A stretch of 64,000 bases of DNA from Auanema rhodensis (GCA_964057225.1 CAXKVF010000073.1:248001-312000); one strand, 5' to 3'; counted from the first letter of the stretch, positions 13,431-29,926 are shown. Numbers and translations are program-made. Notes: generated from the letters alone by a model not told the origin.

Positions 13431-16400
13431 CATTTAATTAGCATAAATTAAAGTTCACGTAAATTTCAAAGTCATGGTTACCATGCACCAATATCAATAA
13501 AAATTTGTTTTTAGACTAATATGGACATGGGGAATCTAATTTTGAAAACCGCATCTCTTTATCTTTCACGTGAAGCGAGTTACATACCAAGTGCACATCA
13601 CGTGTACATTTAATTAGCATAAATTAAAGTTCACGTAAATTTCAAAGTCATGGTTACCATGCACCAATATCAATAAAAATTTGTTTTTAGACTAATATGG
13701 ACATGGGGAATCTAATTTTGAAAACCGCATCTCTTTATCTTTCACGTGAAGCGAGTTACATACCAAGAGCACATCACGTGTACATTTAATAAGCATAAAT
13801 TAAAGTTCACGTAAATTTCAAAGTCATGGTTACCATGAACCAATATCAATAAAAATTTGTTTTTAGACTAATATGGACATGGGGAATCTAATTTTGAAAA
13901 CCGCATCTCTTTATCTTTCACGTGAAGCGAGTTACATACCAAGTGCACATCACGTGTAAATTTAATTAGCATAAATTAAAGTTCACGTAAATTTCAAAGT
14001 CATGGTTACCATGAACTAATATCAAAAAAAATTTGTTTTTAGACTAATATGGACATGGGGAATCTAATTTTGAAAACCGCATCTCTTTATCTTTCACGTG
14101 AAGCGAGTTACATACCAAGTGCACATCACGTGTACATTTAATTAGCATAAATTAAAGTTCACGTAAATTTCAAAGTCATGGTTACCATGAACCAATATCA
14201 ATAAAAATTTGTTTTTAGACTAATATGTACATGGGGAATCTAATTTTGAAAACCGCATCTCTTTATCTTTCACGTGAAGCGAGTTACATACCAAGTGCAC
14301 ATCACGTGTACATTTAATTAGCATAAATTAAAGTTCACGTAAATTTCAAAGTCATGGTTACCATGCACCAATATCAATAAAAATTTGTTTTTAGACTAAT
14401 ATGGACATGGGGAATCTAATTTTGAAAACCGCATCTCTTTATCTTTCACGTGAAGCGAGTTACATACCAAGTGCACATCACGTGTACATTTAATTAGCAT
14501 GAATTAAAGTTCACGTAAATTTCAAAGTCATGGTTACCATGAACCAATATCAATAAAAATTTGTTTTTAGACTAATATGGACATGGGGAATCTAATTTTG
14601 AAAACCGCATCTCTTTATCTTTCACGTGAAGCGAGTTACATACCAAGTGCACATCACGTGTACATTTAATTAGCATAAATTAAAGTTCACGTAAATTTCA
14701 AAGTCATGGTTACCATGAACCAATATCAATAAAAATTTGTTTTTAGACTAATATGGACATGGGGAATCTAATTTTGAAAACCGCATCTCTTTATCTTTCA
14801 CGTGAAGCGAGTTACATACCAAGTGCACATCACGTGTACATGTAATTAGCATAAATTAAAGTTCACGTAAATTTCAAAGTCATGGTTACCATGCACCAAT
14901 ATCAATAAAAATTTGTTTTTAGACTAATATGGACATGGGGAATCTAATTTTGAAAACCGCATCTCTTTATCTTCCACGTGAAGCGAGTTACATACCAAGT
15001 GCACATCACGTGTAAATTTAATTAGCATAAATTAAAGTTCACGTAAATTTCAAAGTCATGGTTACCATGAACCAATATCAATAAAAGTTTGTTTTTAGAC
15101 TAATATGGACATGGGGAATCAAATTTTGAAAACCGCATCTCTTTATCTTTCACGTGAAGCGAGTTACATACCAAGTGCACATCACGTGTACATTTAATTA
15201 GCATAAATTAAAGTTCACGTAAATTTCAAAGTCATGGTTATCATGAAACAATATCAATAAAAATTTGTTTTTAGACTAATATGGACATGGGGAATCTAAT
15301 TTTGAAAACCGCATCTCTTTATCTTTCACGTGAAGCGAGTTACATACCAAGTGCACATCACGTGTACAATTAATTAGCATAAATTAAAGTTCACGTAAAT
15401 TTCAAAGTCATGGTTACCATGCACCAATATCAATAAAAATTTGTTTTTAGACTAATATGGACATGGGGAATCAAATTGTGAAAACCGCATCTCTTTATCT
15501 TTCACGTAAAGCGAGTTACATACCAAGTGCACATCACGTGTAAATTTAATTAGCATAAATTAAAGTTCACGTAAATTTCAAAGTCATGGTTACCATGAAC
15601 CAATATCAACAAAAGTTTGTTTTTAGACTAATATGGACATGGGGAATCAAATTTTGAAAACCGCATCTCTTTATCTTTCACGTGAAGCGAGTTACATACC
15701 AAGTGCACATCACGTGTACATTTAATTAGCATAAATTAAAGTTCACGTAAATTTCAAAGTCATGGTTATCATGAACCAATATCAATAAAAATTTGTTTTT
15801 AGACTAATATGGACATGGGGAATCTAATTTTGAAAACCGCATCTCTTTATCTTTCACGTGAAGCGAGTTACATACCAAGTGCACATCACGTGTACATTTA
15901 ATTAGCATAAATTAAAGTTCACGTAAATTTCAAAGTCATGGTTATCATGAACCAATATCAATAAAAATTTGTTTTTAGACTAATATGGACATGGGGAATC
16001 TAATTTTGAAAACCGCATCTCTTTATCTTTCACGTGAAGCGAGTTACATACCAAGTGCACATCACGTGTACATTTAATTAGCATAAATTAAAGTTCACGT
16101 AAATTTCAAAGTCATGGTTACCATGCACCAATATCAATAAAAATTTGTTTTTAGACTAATATGGACATGGGGAATCTAATTTTGAAAACCGCATCTCTTT
16201 ATCTTTCACGTGAAGCGAGTTACATACCAAGTGCACATCACGTGTACATTTAATTAGCATAAATTAAAGTTCACGTAAATTTCAAAGTCATGGTTATCAT
16301 GAACCAATATCAATAAAAATTTGTTTTTAGACTAATATGGACATGGGGAATCTAATTTTGAAAACCGCATCTCTTTATCTTTCACGTGAAGCGAGTTACA

Positions 16401-19400
16401 TACCAAGTGCACATCACGTGTACATTTAATTAGCATAAATTAAAGTTCACGTAAATTTCAAAGTCATGGTTACCATGCACCAATATCAATAAAAATTTGT
16501 TTTTAGACTAATATGGACATGGGGAATCAAATTGTGAAAACCGCATCTCTTTATCTTTCACGTGAAGCGAGTTACATACCAAGTGCACATCACGTGTACA
16601 TTTAATTAGCATAAATTAAAGTTCACGTAAATTTCAAAGTCATGGTTACCATGAACCAATATCAATAAAAATTTGTTTTTAGACTAATATGAACATGGGG
16701 AATCTAATTTTGAAAACCGCATCTCTTTATCTTTCACGTGAAGCGAGTTACATACCAAGAGCACATCACGTGTACATTTAATAAGCATAAATTAAAGTTC
16801 ACGTAAATTTCAAAGTCATGGTTACCATGCACCAATATCAATAAAAATTTGTTTTTAGACTAATATGGACATGGGGAATCTAATTTTGAAAACCGCATCT
16901 CTTTATCTTTCACGTGAAGCGAGTTACATACCAAGTGCACATCACGTGTACATTTAATTAGCATAAATTAAAGTTCACGTAAATTTCAAAGTCATGGTTA
17001 CCATGAACCAATATCAATAAAAATTTGTTTTTAGACTAATATGGACATGGGGAATCAAATTTTGAAAACCGCATCTCTTTATCTTTCACGTGAAGCGAGT
17101 TACATACCAAGTGCACATCACGTGTACATTTAATTAGCATAAATTAAAGTTCACGTAAATTTCAAAGTCATGGTTATCATGAACCAATATCAATAAAAAT
17201 TTGTTTTTAGACTAATATGGACATGGGGAATCTAATTTTGAAAACCGCATCTCTTTATCTTTCACGTGAAGCGAGTTACATACCAAGTGCACATCACGTG
17301 TACATTTAATTAGCATAAATTAAAGTTCACGTAAATTTCAAAGTCATGGTTACCATGAACCAATATCAATAAAAATTTGTTTTTAGACTAATATGGACAT
17401 GGGGAATCAAATTTTGAAAACCGCATCTCTTTATCTTTCACGTGAAGCGAGTTACATACCAAGTGCACATCACGTGTACATTTAATTAGCATAAATTAAA
17501 GTTCACGTAAATTTCAAAGTCATGGTTACCATGCACCAATATCAATAAAAATTTGTTTTTAGACTAATATGGACATGGGGAATCTAATTTTGAAAACCGC
17601 ATCTCTTTATCTTTCACGTGAAGCGAGTTACATACCAAGTGCACATCACGTGTACATTTAATTAGCATAAATTAAAGTTCACGTAAATTTCAAAGTCATG
17701 GTTATCATGAACCAATATCAATAAAAATTTGTTTTTAGACTAATATGGACATGGGGAATCTAATTTTGAAAACCGCATCTCTTTATCTTTCACGTGAAGC
17801 GAGTTACATACCAAGTGCACATCACGTGTACATTTAATTAGCATAAATTAAAGTTCACGTAAATTTCAAAGTCATGGTTACCATGCACCAATATCAATAA
17901 AAATTTGTTTTTAGACTAATATGGACATGGGGAATCAAATTGTGAAAACCGCATCTCTTTATCTTTCACGTGAAGCGAGTTACATACCAAGTGCACATCA
18001 CGTGTACATTTAATTAGCATAAATTAAAGTTCACGTAAATTTCAAAGTCATGGTTATCATGAACCAATATCAATAAAAATTTGTTTTTAGACTAATATGG
18101 ACATGGGGAATCTAATTTTGAAAACCGCATCTCTTTATCTTTCACGTGAAGCGAGTTACATACCAAGTGCACATCACGTGTACATTTAATTAGCATAAAT
18201 TAAAGTTCACGTAAATTTCAAAGTCATGGTTACCATGCACCAATATCAATAAAAATTTGTTTTTAGACTAATATGGACATGGGGAATCAAATTGTGAAAA
18301 CCGCATCTCTTTATCTTTCACGTGAAGCGAGTTACATACCAAGTGCACATCACGTGTACATTTAATTAGCATAAATTAAAGTTCACGTAAATTTCAAAGT
18401 CATGGTTACCATGAACCAATATCAATAAAAATTTGTTTTTAGACTAATATGGACATGGGGAATCAAATTTTGAAAACCGCATCTCTTTATCTTTCACGTG
18501 AAGCGAGTTACATACCAAGTGCACATCACGTGTACATTTAATTAGCATAAATTAAAGTTCACGTAAATTTCAAAGTCATGGTTACCATGAACCAATATCA
18601 ACAAAAGTTTGTTTTTAGACTAATATGGACATGGGGAATCAAATTTTGAAAACCGCATCTCTTTATCTTTCACGTGAAGCGAGTTACATACCAAGTGCAC
18701 ATCACGTGTACATTTAATTAGCATAAATTAAAGTTCACGTAAATTTCAAAGTCATGGTTATCATGAAACAATATCAATAAAAATTTGTTTTTAGACTAAT
18801 ATGGACATGGGGAATCTAATTTTGAAAACCGCATCTCTTTATCTTTCACGTGAAGCGAGTTACATACCAAGTGCACATCACGTGTACATTTAATTAGCAT
18901 AAATTAAAGTTCACGTAAATTTCAAAGTCATGGTTACCATGCACCAATATCAATAAAAATTTGTTTTTAGACTAATATGGACATGGGGAATCTAATTTTG
19001 AAAACCGCATCTCTTTATCTTTCACGTGAAGCGAGTTACATACCAAGTGCACATCACGTGTACATTTAATTAGCATAAATTAAAGTTCACGTAAATTTCA
19101 AAGTCATGGTTACCATGAACCAATATCAATAAAAATTTGTTTTTAGACTAATATGAACATGGGGAATCTAATTTTGAAAACCGCATCTCTTTATCTTTCA
19201 CGTGAAGCGAGTTACATACCAAGTGCACATCACGTGTACATTTAATTAGCATAAATTAAAGTTCACGTAAATTTCAAAGTCATGGTTACCATGCACCAAT
19301 ATCAATAAAAATTTGTTTTTAGACTAATATGGACATGGGGAATCAAATTGTGAAAACCGCATCTCTTTATCTTTCACGTGAAGCGAGTTACATACCAAGT

Positions 19401-22400
19401 GCACATCACGTGTACATTTAATTAGCATAAATTAAAGTTCACGTAAATTTCAAAGTCATGGTTACCATGAACCAATATCAATAAAAATTTGTTTTTGGAC
19501 TAATATGAACATGGGGAATCTAATTTTGAAAACCGCATCTCTTTATCTTTCACGTGAAGCGAGTTACATACCAAGAGCACATCACGTGTACATTTAATAA
19601 GCATAAATTAAAGTTCACGTAAATTTCAAAGTCATGGTTACCATGCACCAATATCAAAAAAAATTTGTTTTTAGACTAATATGGACATGGGGAATCTAAT
19701 TTTGAAAACCGCATCTCTTTATCTTTCACGTGAAGCGAGTTACATACCAAGTGCACATCACGTGTACATTTAATTAGCATAAATTAAAGTTCACGTAAAT
19801 TTCAAAGTCATGGTTACCATGAACCAATATCAATAAAAATTTGTTTTTAGACTAATATGGACATGGGGAATCAAATTTTGAAAACCGCATCTCTTTATCT
19901 TTCACGTGAAGCGAGTTACATACCAAGTGCACATCACGTGTACATTTAATTAGCATAAATTAAAGTTCACGTAAATTTCAAAGTCATGGTTATCATGAAC
20001 CAATATCAATAAAAATTTGTTTTTAGACTAATATGGACATGGGGAATCTAATTTTGAAAACCGCATCTCTTTATCTTTCACGTGAAGCGAGTTACATACC
20101 AAGTGCACATCACGTGTACATTTAATTAGCATAAATTAAAGTTCACGTAAATTTCAAAGTCATGGTTACCATGAACCAATATCAATAAAAATTTGTTTTT
20201 AGACTAATATGGACATGGGGAATCAAATTTTGAAAACCGCATCTCTTTATCTTTCACGTGAAGCGAGTTACATACCAAGTGCACATCACGTGTACATTTA
20301 ATTAGCATAAATTAAAGTTCACGTAAATTTCAAAGTCATGGTTACCATGCACCAATATCAATAAAAATTTGTTTTTAGACTAATATGGACATGGGGAATC
20401 AAATTTTGAAAACCGCATCTCTTTATCTTTCACGTGAAGCGAGTTACATACCAAGTGCACATCACGTGTACATTTAATTAGCATAAATTAAAGTTCACGT
20501 AAATTTCAAAGTCATGGTTACCATGAACCAATATCAATAAAAATTTGTTTTTAGACTAATATGGACATGGGGAATCAAATTTTGAAAACCGCATCTCTTT
20601 ATCTTTCACGTGAAGCGAGTTACATACCAAGTGCACATCACGTGTACATTTAATTAGCATAAATTAAAGTTCACGTAAATTTCAAAGTCATGGTTACCAT
20701 GAACCAATATCAATAAAAATTTGTTTTTAGACTAATATGGACATGGGGAATCAAATTTTGAAAACCGCATCTCTTTATCTTTCACGTGAAGCGAGTTACA
20801 TACCAAGTGCACATCACGTGTACATTTAATTAGCATAAATTAAAGTTCACGTAAATTTCAAAGTCATGGTTACCATGAACCAATATCAACAAAAGTTTGT
20901 TTTTAGACTAATATGGACATGGGGAATCAAATTTTGAAAACCGCATCTCTTTATCTTTCACGTGAAGCGAGTTACATACCAAGTGCACATCACGTGTACA
21001 TTTAATTAGCATAAATTAAAGTTCACGTAAATTTCAAAGTCATGGTTATCATGAAACAATATCAATAAAAATTTGTTTTTAGACTAATATGGACATGGGG
21101 AATCTAATTTTGAAAACCGCATCTCTTTATCTTTCACGTGAAGCGAGTTACATACCAAGTGCACATCACGTGTACATTTAATTAGCATAAATTAAAGTTC
21201 ACGTAAATTTCAAAGTCATGGTTACCATGCACCAATATCAATAAAAATTTGTTTTTAGACTAATATGGACATGGGGAATCAAATTGTGAAAACCGCATCT
21301 CTTTATTTTTCACGTGAAGCGAGTTACATACCAAGTGCACATCACGTGTACATTTAATTAGCATAAATTAAAGTTCACGTAAATTTCAAAGTCATGGTTA
21401 CCATGCACCAATATCAATAAAAATTTGTTTTTAGACTAATATGGACATGGGGAATCTAATTTTGAAAACCGCATCTCTTTATCTTTCACGTGAAGCGAGT
21501 TACATACCAAGTGCACATCACGTGTACATTTAATTAGCATAAATTAAAGTTCACGTAAATTTCAAAGTCATGGTTATCATGAACCAATATCAATAAAAAT
21601 TTGTTTTTAGACTAATATGGACATGGGGAATCTAATTTTGAAAACCGCATCTCTTTATCTTTCACGTGAAGCGAGTTACATACCAAGTGCACATCACGTG
21701 TACATTTAATTAGCATAAATTAAAGTTCACGTAAATTTCAAAGTCATGGTTACCATGAACCAATATCAATAAAAATTTGTTTTTAGACTAATATGGACAT
21801 GGGGAATCAAATTTTGAAAACCGCATCTCTTTATCTTTCACGTGAAGCGAGTTACATACCAAGTGCACATCACGTGTACATTTAATTAGCATAAATTAAA
21901 GTTCACGTAAATTTCAAAGTCATGGTTACCATGCACCAATATCAATAAAAATTTGTTTTTAGACTAATATGGACATGGGGAATCTAATTTTGAAAACCGC
22001 ATCTCTTTATCTTTCACGTGAAGCGAGTTACATACCAAGTGCACATCACGTGTACATTTAATTAGCATAAATTAAAGTTCACGTAAATTTCAAAGTCATG
22101 GTTATCATGAACCAATATCAATAAAAATTTGTTTTTAGACTAATATGGACATGGGGAATCTAATTTTGAAAACCGCATCTCTTTATCTTTCACGTGAAGC
22201 GAGTTACATACCAAGTGCACATCACGTGTACATTTAATTAGCATAAATTAAAGTTCACGTAAATTTCAAAGTCATGGTTACCATGAACCAATATCAATAA
22301 AAATTTGTTTTTAGACTAATATGGACATGGGGAATCAAATTTTGAAAACCGCATCTCTTTATCTTTCACGTGAAGCGAGTTACATACCAAGTGCACATCA

Positions 22401-23590
22401 CGTGTACATTTAATTAGCATAAATTAAAGTTCACGTAAATTTCAAAGTCATGGTTACCATGAACCAATATCAATAAAAATTTGTTTTTAGACTAATATGG
22501 ACATGGGGAATCAAATTTTGAAAACCGCATCTCTTTATCTTTCACGTGAAGCGAGTTACATACCAAGTGCACATCACGTGTACATTTAATTAGCATAAAT
22601 TAAAGTTCACGTAAATTTCAAAGTCATGGTTATCATGAACCAATATCAATAAAAATTTGTTTTTAGACTAATATGGACATGGGGAATCTAATTTTGAAAA
22701 CCGCATCTCTTTATCTTTCACGTGAAGCGAGTTACATACCAAGTGCACATCACGTGTACATTTAATTAGCATAAATTAAAGTTCACGTAAATTTCAAAGT
22801 CATGGTTACCATGAACCAATATCAATAAAAATTTGTTTTTAGACTAATATGGACATGGGGAATCAAATTTTGAAAACCGCATCTCTTTATCTTTCACGTG
22901 AAGCGAGTTACATACCAAGTGCACATCACGTGTACATTTAATTAGCATAAATTAAAGTTCACGTAAATTTCAAAGTCATGGTTACCATGCACCAATATCA
23001 ATAAAAATTTGTTTTTAGACTAATATGGACATGGGGAATCTAATTTTGAAAACCGCATCTCTTTATCTTTCACGTGAAGCGAGTTACATACCAAGTGCAC
23101 ATCACGTGTACATTTAATTAGCATAAATTAAAGTTCACGTAAATTTCAAAGTCATGGTTATCATGAACCAATATCAATAAAAATTTGTTTTTAGACTAAT
23201 ATGGACATGGGGAATCTAATTTTGAAAACCGCATCTCTTTATCTTTCACGTGAAGCGAGTTACATACCAAGTGCACATCACGTGTACATTTAATTAGCAT
23301 AAATTAAAGTTCACGTAAATTTCAAAGTCATGGTTACCATGAACCAATATCAATAAAAATTTGTTTTTAGACTAATATGGACATGGGGAATCAAATTTTG
23401 AAAACCGCATCTCTTTATCTTTCACGTGAAGCGAGTTACATACCAAGTGCACATCACGTGTACATTTAATTAGCATAAATTAAAGTTCACGTAAATTTCA
23501 AAGTCATGGTTACCATGCACCAATATCAATAAAAATTTGTTTTTAGACTAATATGGACATGGGGAATCTTATTTTGAAAACCGCATCTCT

Positions 23591-26500
23591 TTATCTTTCA
23601 CGTGAAGCGAGTTACATACCAAGTGCACATCACGTGTACATTTAATTAGCATAAATTAAAGTTCACGTAAATTTCAAAGTCATGGTTACCATGAACCAAT
23701 ATCAATAAAAATTTGTTTTTAGACTAATATGAACATGGGGAATCTAATTTTGAAAACCGCATCTCTTTATCTTTCACGTGAAGCGAGTTACATACCAAGA
23801 GCACATCACGTGTACATTTAATAAGCATAAATTAAAGTTCACGTAAATTTCAAAGTCATGGTTACCATGCACCAATATCAATAAAAATTTGTTTTTAGAC
23901 TAATATGGACATGGGGAATCTAATTTTGAAAACCGCATCTCTTTATCTTTCACGTGAAGCGAGTTACATACCAAGTGCACATCACGTGTACATTTAATTA
24001 GCATAAATTAAAGTTCACGTAAATTTCAAAGTCATGGTTACCATGAACCAATATCAATAAAAATTTGTTTTTAGACTAATATGGACATGGGGAATCAAAT
24101 TTTGAAAACCGCATCTCTTTATCTTTCACGTGAAGCGAGTTACATACCAAGTGCACATCACGTGTACATTTAATTAGCATAAATTAAAGTTCACGTAAAT
24201 TTCAAAGTCATGGTTATCATGAACCAATATCAATAAAAATTTGTTTTTAGACTAATATGGACATGGGGAATCTAATTTTGAAAACCGCATCTCTTTATCT
24301 TTCACGTGAAGCGAGTTACATACCAAGTGCACATCACGTGTACATTTAATTAGCATAAATTAAAGTTCACGTAAATTTCAAAGTCATGGTTACCATGAAC
24401 CAATATCAATAAAAATTTGTTTTTAGACTAATATGGACATGGGGAATCAAATTTTGAAAACCGCATCTCTTTATCTTTCACGTGAAGCGAGTTACATACC
24501 AAGTGCACATCACGTGTACATTTAATTAGCATAAATTAAAGTTCACGTAAATTTCAAAGTCATGGTTACCATGCACCAATATCAATAAAAATTTGTTTTT
24601 AGACTAATATGGACATGGGGAATCTAATTTTGAAAACCGCATCTCTTTATCTTTCACGTGAAGCGAGTTACATACCAAGTGCACATCACGTGTACATTTA
24701 ATTAGCATGAATTAAAGTTCACGTAAATTTCAAAGTCATGGTTATCATGAACCAATATCAATAAAAATTTGTTTTTAGACTAATATGGACATGGGGAATC
24801 TAATTTTGAAAACCGCATCTCTTTATCTTTCACGTGAAGCGAGTTACATACCAAGTGCACATCACGTGTACATTTAATTAGCATAAATTAAAGTTCACGT
24901 AAATTTCAAAGTCATGGTTACCATGAACCAATATCAATAAAAATTTGTTTTTAGACTAATATGGACATGGGGAATCAAATTTTGAAAACCGCATCTCTTT
25001 ATCTTTCACGTGAAGCGAGTTACATACCAAGTGCACATCACGTGTACATTTAATTAGCATAAATTAAAGTTCACGTAAATTTCAAAGTCATGGTTACCAT
25101 GCACCAATATCAATAAAAATTTGTTTTTAGACTAATATGGACATGGGGAATCTTATTTTGAAAACCGCATCTCTTTATCTTTCACGTGAAGCGAGTTACA
25201 TACCAAGTGCACATCACGTGTACATTTAATTAGCATAAATTAAAGTTCACGTAAATTTCAAAGTCATGGTTACCATGCACCAATATCAATAAAAATTTGT
25301 TTTTAGACTAATATGGACATGGGGAATCTAATTTTGAAAACCGCATCTCTTTATCTTTCACGTGAAGCGAGTTACATACCAAGTGCACATCACGTGTACA
25401 TTTAATTAGCATGAATTAAAGTTCACGTAAATTTCAAAGTCATGGTTACCATGAACCAATATCAATAAAAATTTGTTTTTAGACTAATATGGACATGGGG
25501 AATCTAATTTTGAAAACCGCATCTCTTTATCTTTCACGTGAAGCGAGTTACATACCAAGTGCACATCACGTGTACATTTAATTAGCATAAATTAAAGTTC
25601 ACGTAAATTTCAAAGTCATGGTTATCATGAACCAATATCAATAAAAATTTGTTTTTAGACTAATATGGACATGGGGAATCTAATTTTGAAAACCGCATCT
25701 CTTTATCTTTCACGTGAAGCGAGTTACATACCAAGTGCACATCACGTGTACATTTAATTAGCATAAATTAAAGTTCACGTAAGTTTCAAAGTCATGGTTA
25801 CCATGCACCAATATCAATAAAAATTTGTTTTTAGACTAATATGGACATGGGGAATCTAATTTTGAAAACCGCATCTCTTTATCTTTCACGTGAAGCGAGT
25901 TACATACCAAGTGCACATCACGTGTACATTTAATTAGCATAAATTAAAGTTCACGTAAATTTCAAAGTCATGGTTATCATGAACCAATATCAATAAAAAT
26001 TTGTTTTTAGACTAATATGGACATGGGGAATCTAATTTTGAAAACCGCATCTCTTTATCTTTCACGTGAAGCGAGTTACATACCAAGAGCACATCACGTG
26101 TACATTTAATAAGCATAAATTAAAGTTCACGTAAATTTCAAAGTCATGGTTACCATGCACCAATATCAATAAAAATTTGTTTTTAGACTAATATGGACAT
26201 GGGGAATCTAATTTTGAAAACCGCATTTCTTTATCTTTCACGTGAAGCGAGTTACATACCAAGTGCACATCACGTGTACATTTAATTAGCATAAATTAAA
26301 GTTCACGTAAATTTCAAAGTCATGGTTACCATGCACCAATATCAATAAAAATTTGTTTTTAGACTAATATGGACATGGGGAATCTAATTTTGAAAACCGC
26401 ATCTCTTTATCTTTCACGTGAAGCGAGTTACATACCAAGTGCACATCACGTGTACATTTAATTAGCATAAATTAAAGTTCACGTAAATTTCAAAGTCATG

Positions 26501-29500
26501 GTTATCATGAACCAATATCAATAAAAATTTGTTTTTAGACTAATATGGACATGGGGAATCTAATTTTGAAAACCGCATCTCTTTATCTTTCACGTGAAGC
26601 GAGTTACATACCAAGTGCACATCACGTGTACATTTAATTAGCATAAATTAAAGTTCACGTAAATTTCAAAGTCATGGTTACCATGAACCAATATCAATAA
26701 AAATTTGTTTTTAGACTAATATGGACATGGGGAATCAAATTTTGAAAACCGCATCTCTTTATCTTTCACGTGAAGCGAGTTACATACCAAGTGCACATCA
26801 CGTGTACATTTAATTAGCATAAATTAAAGTTCACGTAAATTTCAAAGTCATGGTTACCATGAACCAATATCAATAAAAATTTGTTTTTAGACTAATATGA
26901 ACATGGGGAATCTAATTTTGAAAACCGCATCTCTTTATCTTTCACGTGAAGCGAGTTACATACCAAGAGCACATCACGTGTACATTTAATAAGCATAAAT
27001 TAAAGTTCACGTAAATTTCAAAGTCATGGTTACCATGCACCAATATCAATAAAAATTTGTTTTTAGACTAATATGGACATGGGGAATCTAATTTTGAAAA
27101 CCGCATCTCTTTATCTTTCACGTGAAGCGAGTTACATACCAAGTGCACATCACGTGTACATTTAATTAGCATAAATTAAAGTTCACGTAAATTTCAAAGT
27201 CATGGTTACCATGAACCAATATCAATAAAAATTTGTTTTTAGACTAATATGGACATGGGGAATCAAATTTTGAAAACCGCATCTCTTTATCTTTCACGTG
27301 AAGCGAGTTACATACCAAGTGCACATCACGTGTACATTTAATTAGCATAAATTAAAGTTCACGTAAATTTCAAAGTCATGGTTATCATGAACCAATATCA
27401 ATAAAAATTTGTTTTTAGACTAATATGGACATGGGGAATCTAATTTTGAAAACCGCATCTCTTTATCTTTCACGTGAAGCGAGTTACATACCAAGTGCAC
27501 ATCACGTGTACATTTAATTAGCATAAATTAAAGTTCACGTAAATTTCAAAGTCATGGTTACCATGAACCAATATCAATAAAAATTTGTTTTTAGACTAAT
27601 ATGGACATGGGGAATCAAATTTTGAAAACCGCATCTCTTTATCTTTCACGTGAAGCGAGTTACATACCAAGTGCACATCACGTGTACATTTAATTAGCAT
27701 AAATTAAAGTTCACGTAAATTTCAAAGTCATGGTTACCATGCACCAATATCAATAAAAATTTGTTTTTAGACTAATATGGACATGGGGAATCTAATTTTG
27801 AAAACCGCATCTCTTTATCTTTCACGTGAAGCGAGTTACATACCAAGTGCACATCACGTGTACATTTAATTAGCATGAATTAAAGTTCACGTAAATTTCA
27901 AAGTCATGGTTATCATGAACCAATATCAATAAAAATTTGTTTTTAGACTAATATGGACATGGGGAATCTAATTTTGAAAACCGCATCTCTTTATCTTTCA
28001 CGTGAAGCGAGTTACATACCAAGTGCACATCACGTGTACATTTAATTAGCATAAATTAAAGTTCACGTAAATTTCAAAGTCATGGTTACCATGAACCAAT
28101 ATCAATAAAAATTTGTTTTTAGACTAATATGGACATGGGGAATCAAATTTTGAAAACCGCATCTCTTTATCTTTCACGTGAAGCGAGTTACATACCAAGT
28201 GCACATCACGTGTACATTTAATTAGCATAAATTAAAGTTCACGTAAATTTCAAAGTCATGGTTACCATGCACCAATATCAATAAAAATTTGTTTTTAGAC
28301 TAATATGGACATGGGGAATCTTATTTTGAAAACCGCATCTCTTTATCTTTCACGTGAAGCGAGTTACATACCAAGTGCACATCACGTGTACATTTAATTA
28401 GCATAAATTAAAGTTCACGTAAATTTCAAAGTCATGGTTACCATGCACCAATATCAATAAAAATTTGTTTTTAGACTAATATGGACATGGGGAATCTAAT
28501 TTTGAAAACCGCATCTCTTTATCTTTCACGTGAAGCGAGTTACATACCAAGTGCACATCACGTGTACATTTAATTAGCATGAATTAAAGTTCACGTAAAT
28601 TTCAAAGTCATGGTTACCATGAACCAATATCAATAAAAATTTGTTTTTAGACTAATATGGACATGGGGAATCTAATTTTGAAAACCGCATCTCTTTATCT
28701 TTCACGTGAAGCGAGTTACATACCAAGTGCACATCACGTGTACATTTAATTAGCATAAATTAAAGTTCACGTAAATTTCAAAGTCATGGTTATCATGAAC
28801 CAATATCAATAAAAATTTGTTTTTAGACTAATATGGACATGGGGAATCTAATTTTGAAAACCGCATCTCTTTATCTTTCACGTGAAGCGAGTTACATACC
28901 AAGTGCACATCACGTGTACATTTAATTAGCATAAATTAAAGTTCACGTAAGTTTCAAAGTCATGGTTACCATGCACCAATATCAATAAAAATTTGTTTTT
29001 AGACTAATATGGACATGGGGAATCTAATTTTGAAAACCGCATCTCTTTATCTTTCACGTGAAGCGAGTTACATACCAAGTGCACATCACGTGTACATTTA
29101 ATTAGCATAAATTAAAGTTCACGTAAATTTCAAAGTCATGGTTATCATGAACCAATATCAATAAAAATTTGTTTTTAGACTAATATGGACATGGGGAATC
29201 TAATTTTGAAAACCGCATCTCTTTATCTTTCACGTGAAGCGAGTTACATACCAAGAGCACATCACGTGTACATTTAATAAGCATAAATTAAAGTTCACGT
29301 AAATTTCAAAGTCATGGTTACCATGCACCAATATCAATAAAAATTTGTTTTTAGACTAATATGGACATGGGGAATCTAATTTTGAAAACCGCATTTCTTT
29401 ATCTTTCACGTGAAGCGAGTTACATACCAAGTGCACATCACGTGTACATTTAATTAGCATAAATTAAAGTTCACGTAAATTTCAAAGTCATGGTTACCAT

Positions 29501-29926
29501 GCACCAATATCAATAAAAATTTGTTTTTAGACTAATATGGACATGGGGAATCTAATTTTGAAAACCGCATCTCTTTATCTTTCACGTGAAGCGAGTTACA
29601 TACCAAGTGCACATCACGTGTACATTTAATTAGCATAAATTAAAGTTCACGTAAATTTCAAAGTCATGGTTATCATGAACCAATATCAATAAAAATTTGT
29701 TTTTAGACTAATATGGACATGGGGAATCTAATTTTGAAAACCGCATCTCTTTATCTTTCACGTGAAGCGAGTTACATACCAAGTGCACATCACGTGTACA
29801 TTTAATTAGCATAAATTAAAGTTCACGTAAATTTCAAAGTCATGGTTACCATGAACCAATATCAATAAAAATTTGTTTTTAGACTAATATGGACATGGGG
29901 AATCAAATTTTGAAAACCGCATCTCT
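23591..29926 (+). repeat. Tandem duplication of an 18-monomer block (3168 bp x2)
   Basis: Private variant gcatTtct at 26227 and 29395; aagAgc at 23800 and 26968. The order of monomer types matches across 23591-26758 and 26759-29926. Confidence 0.88.
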
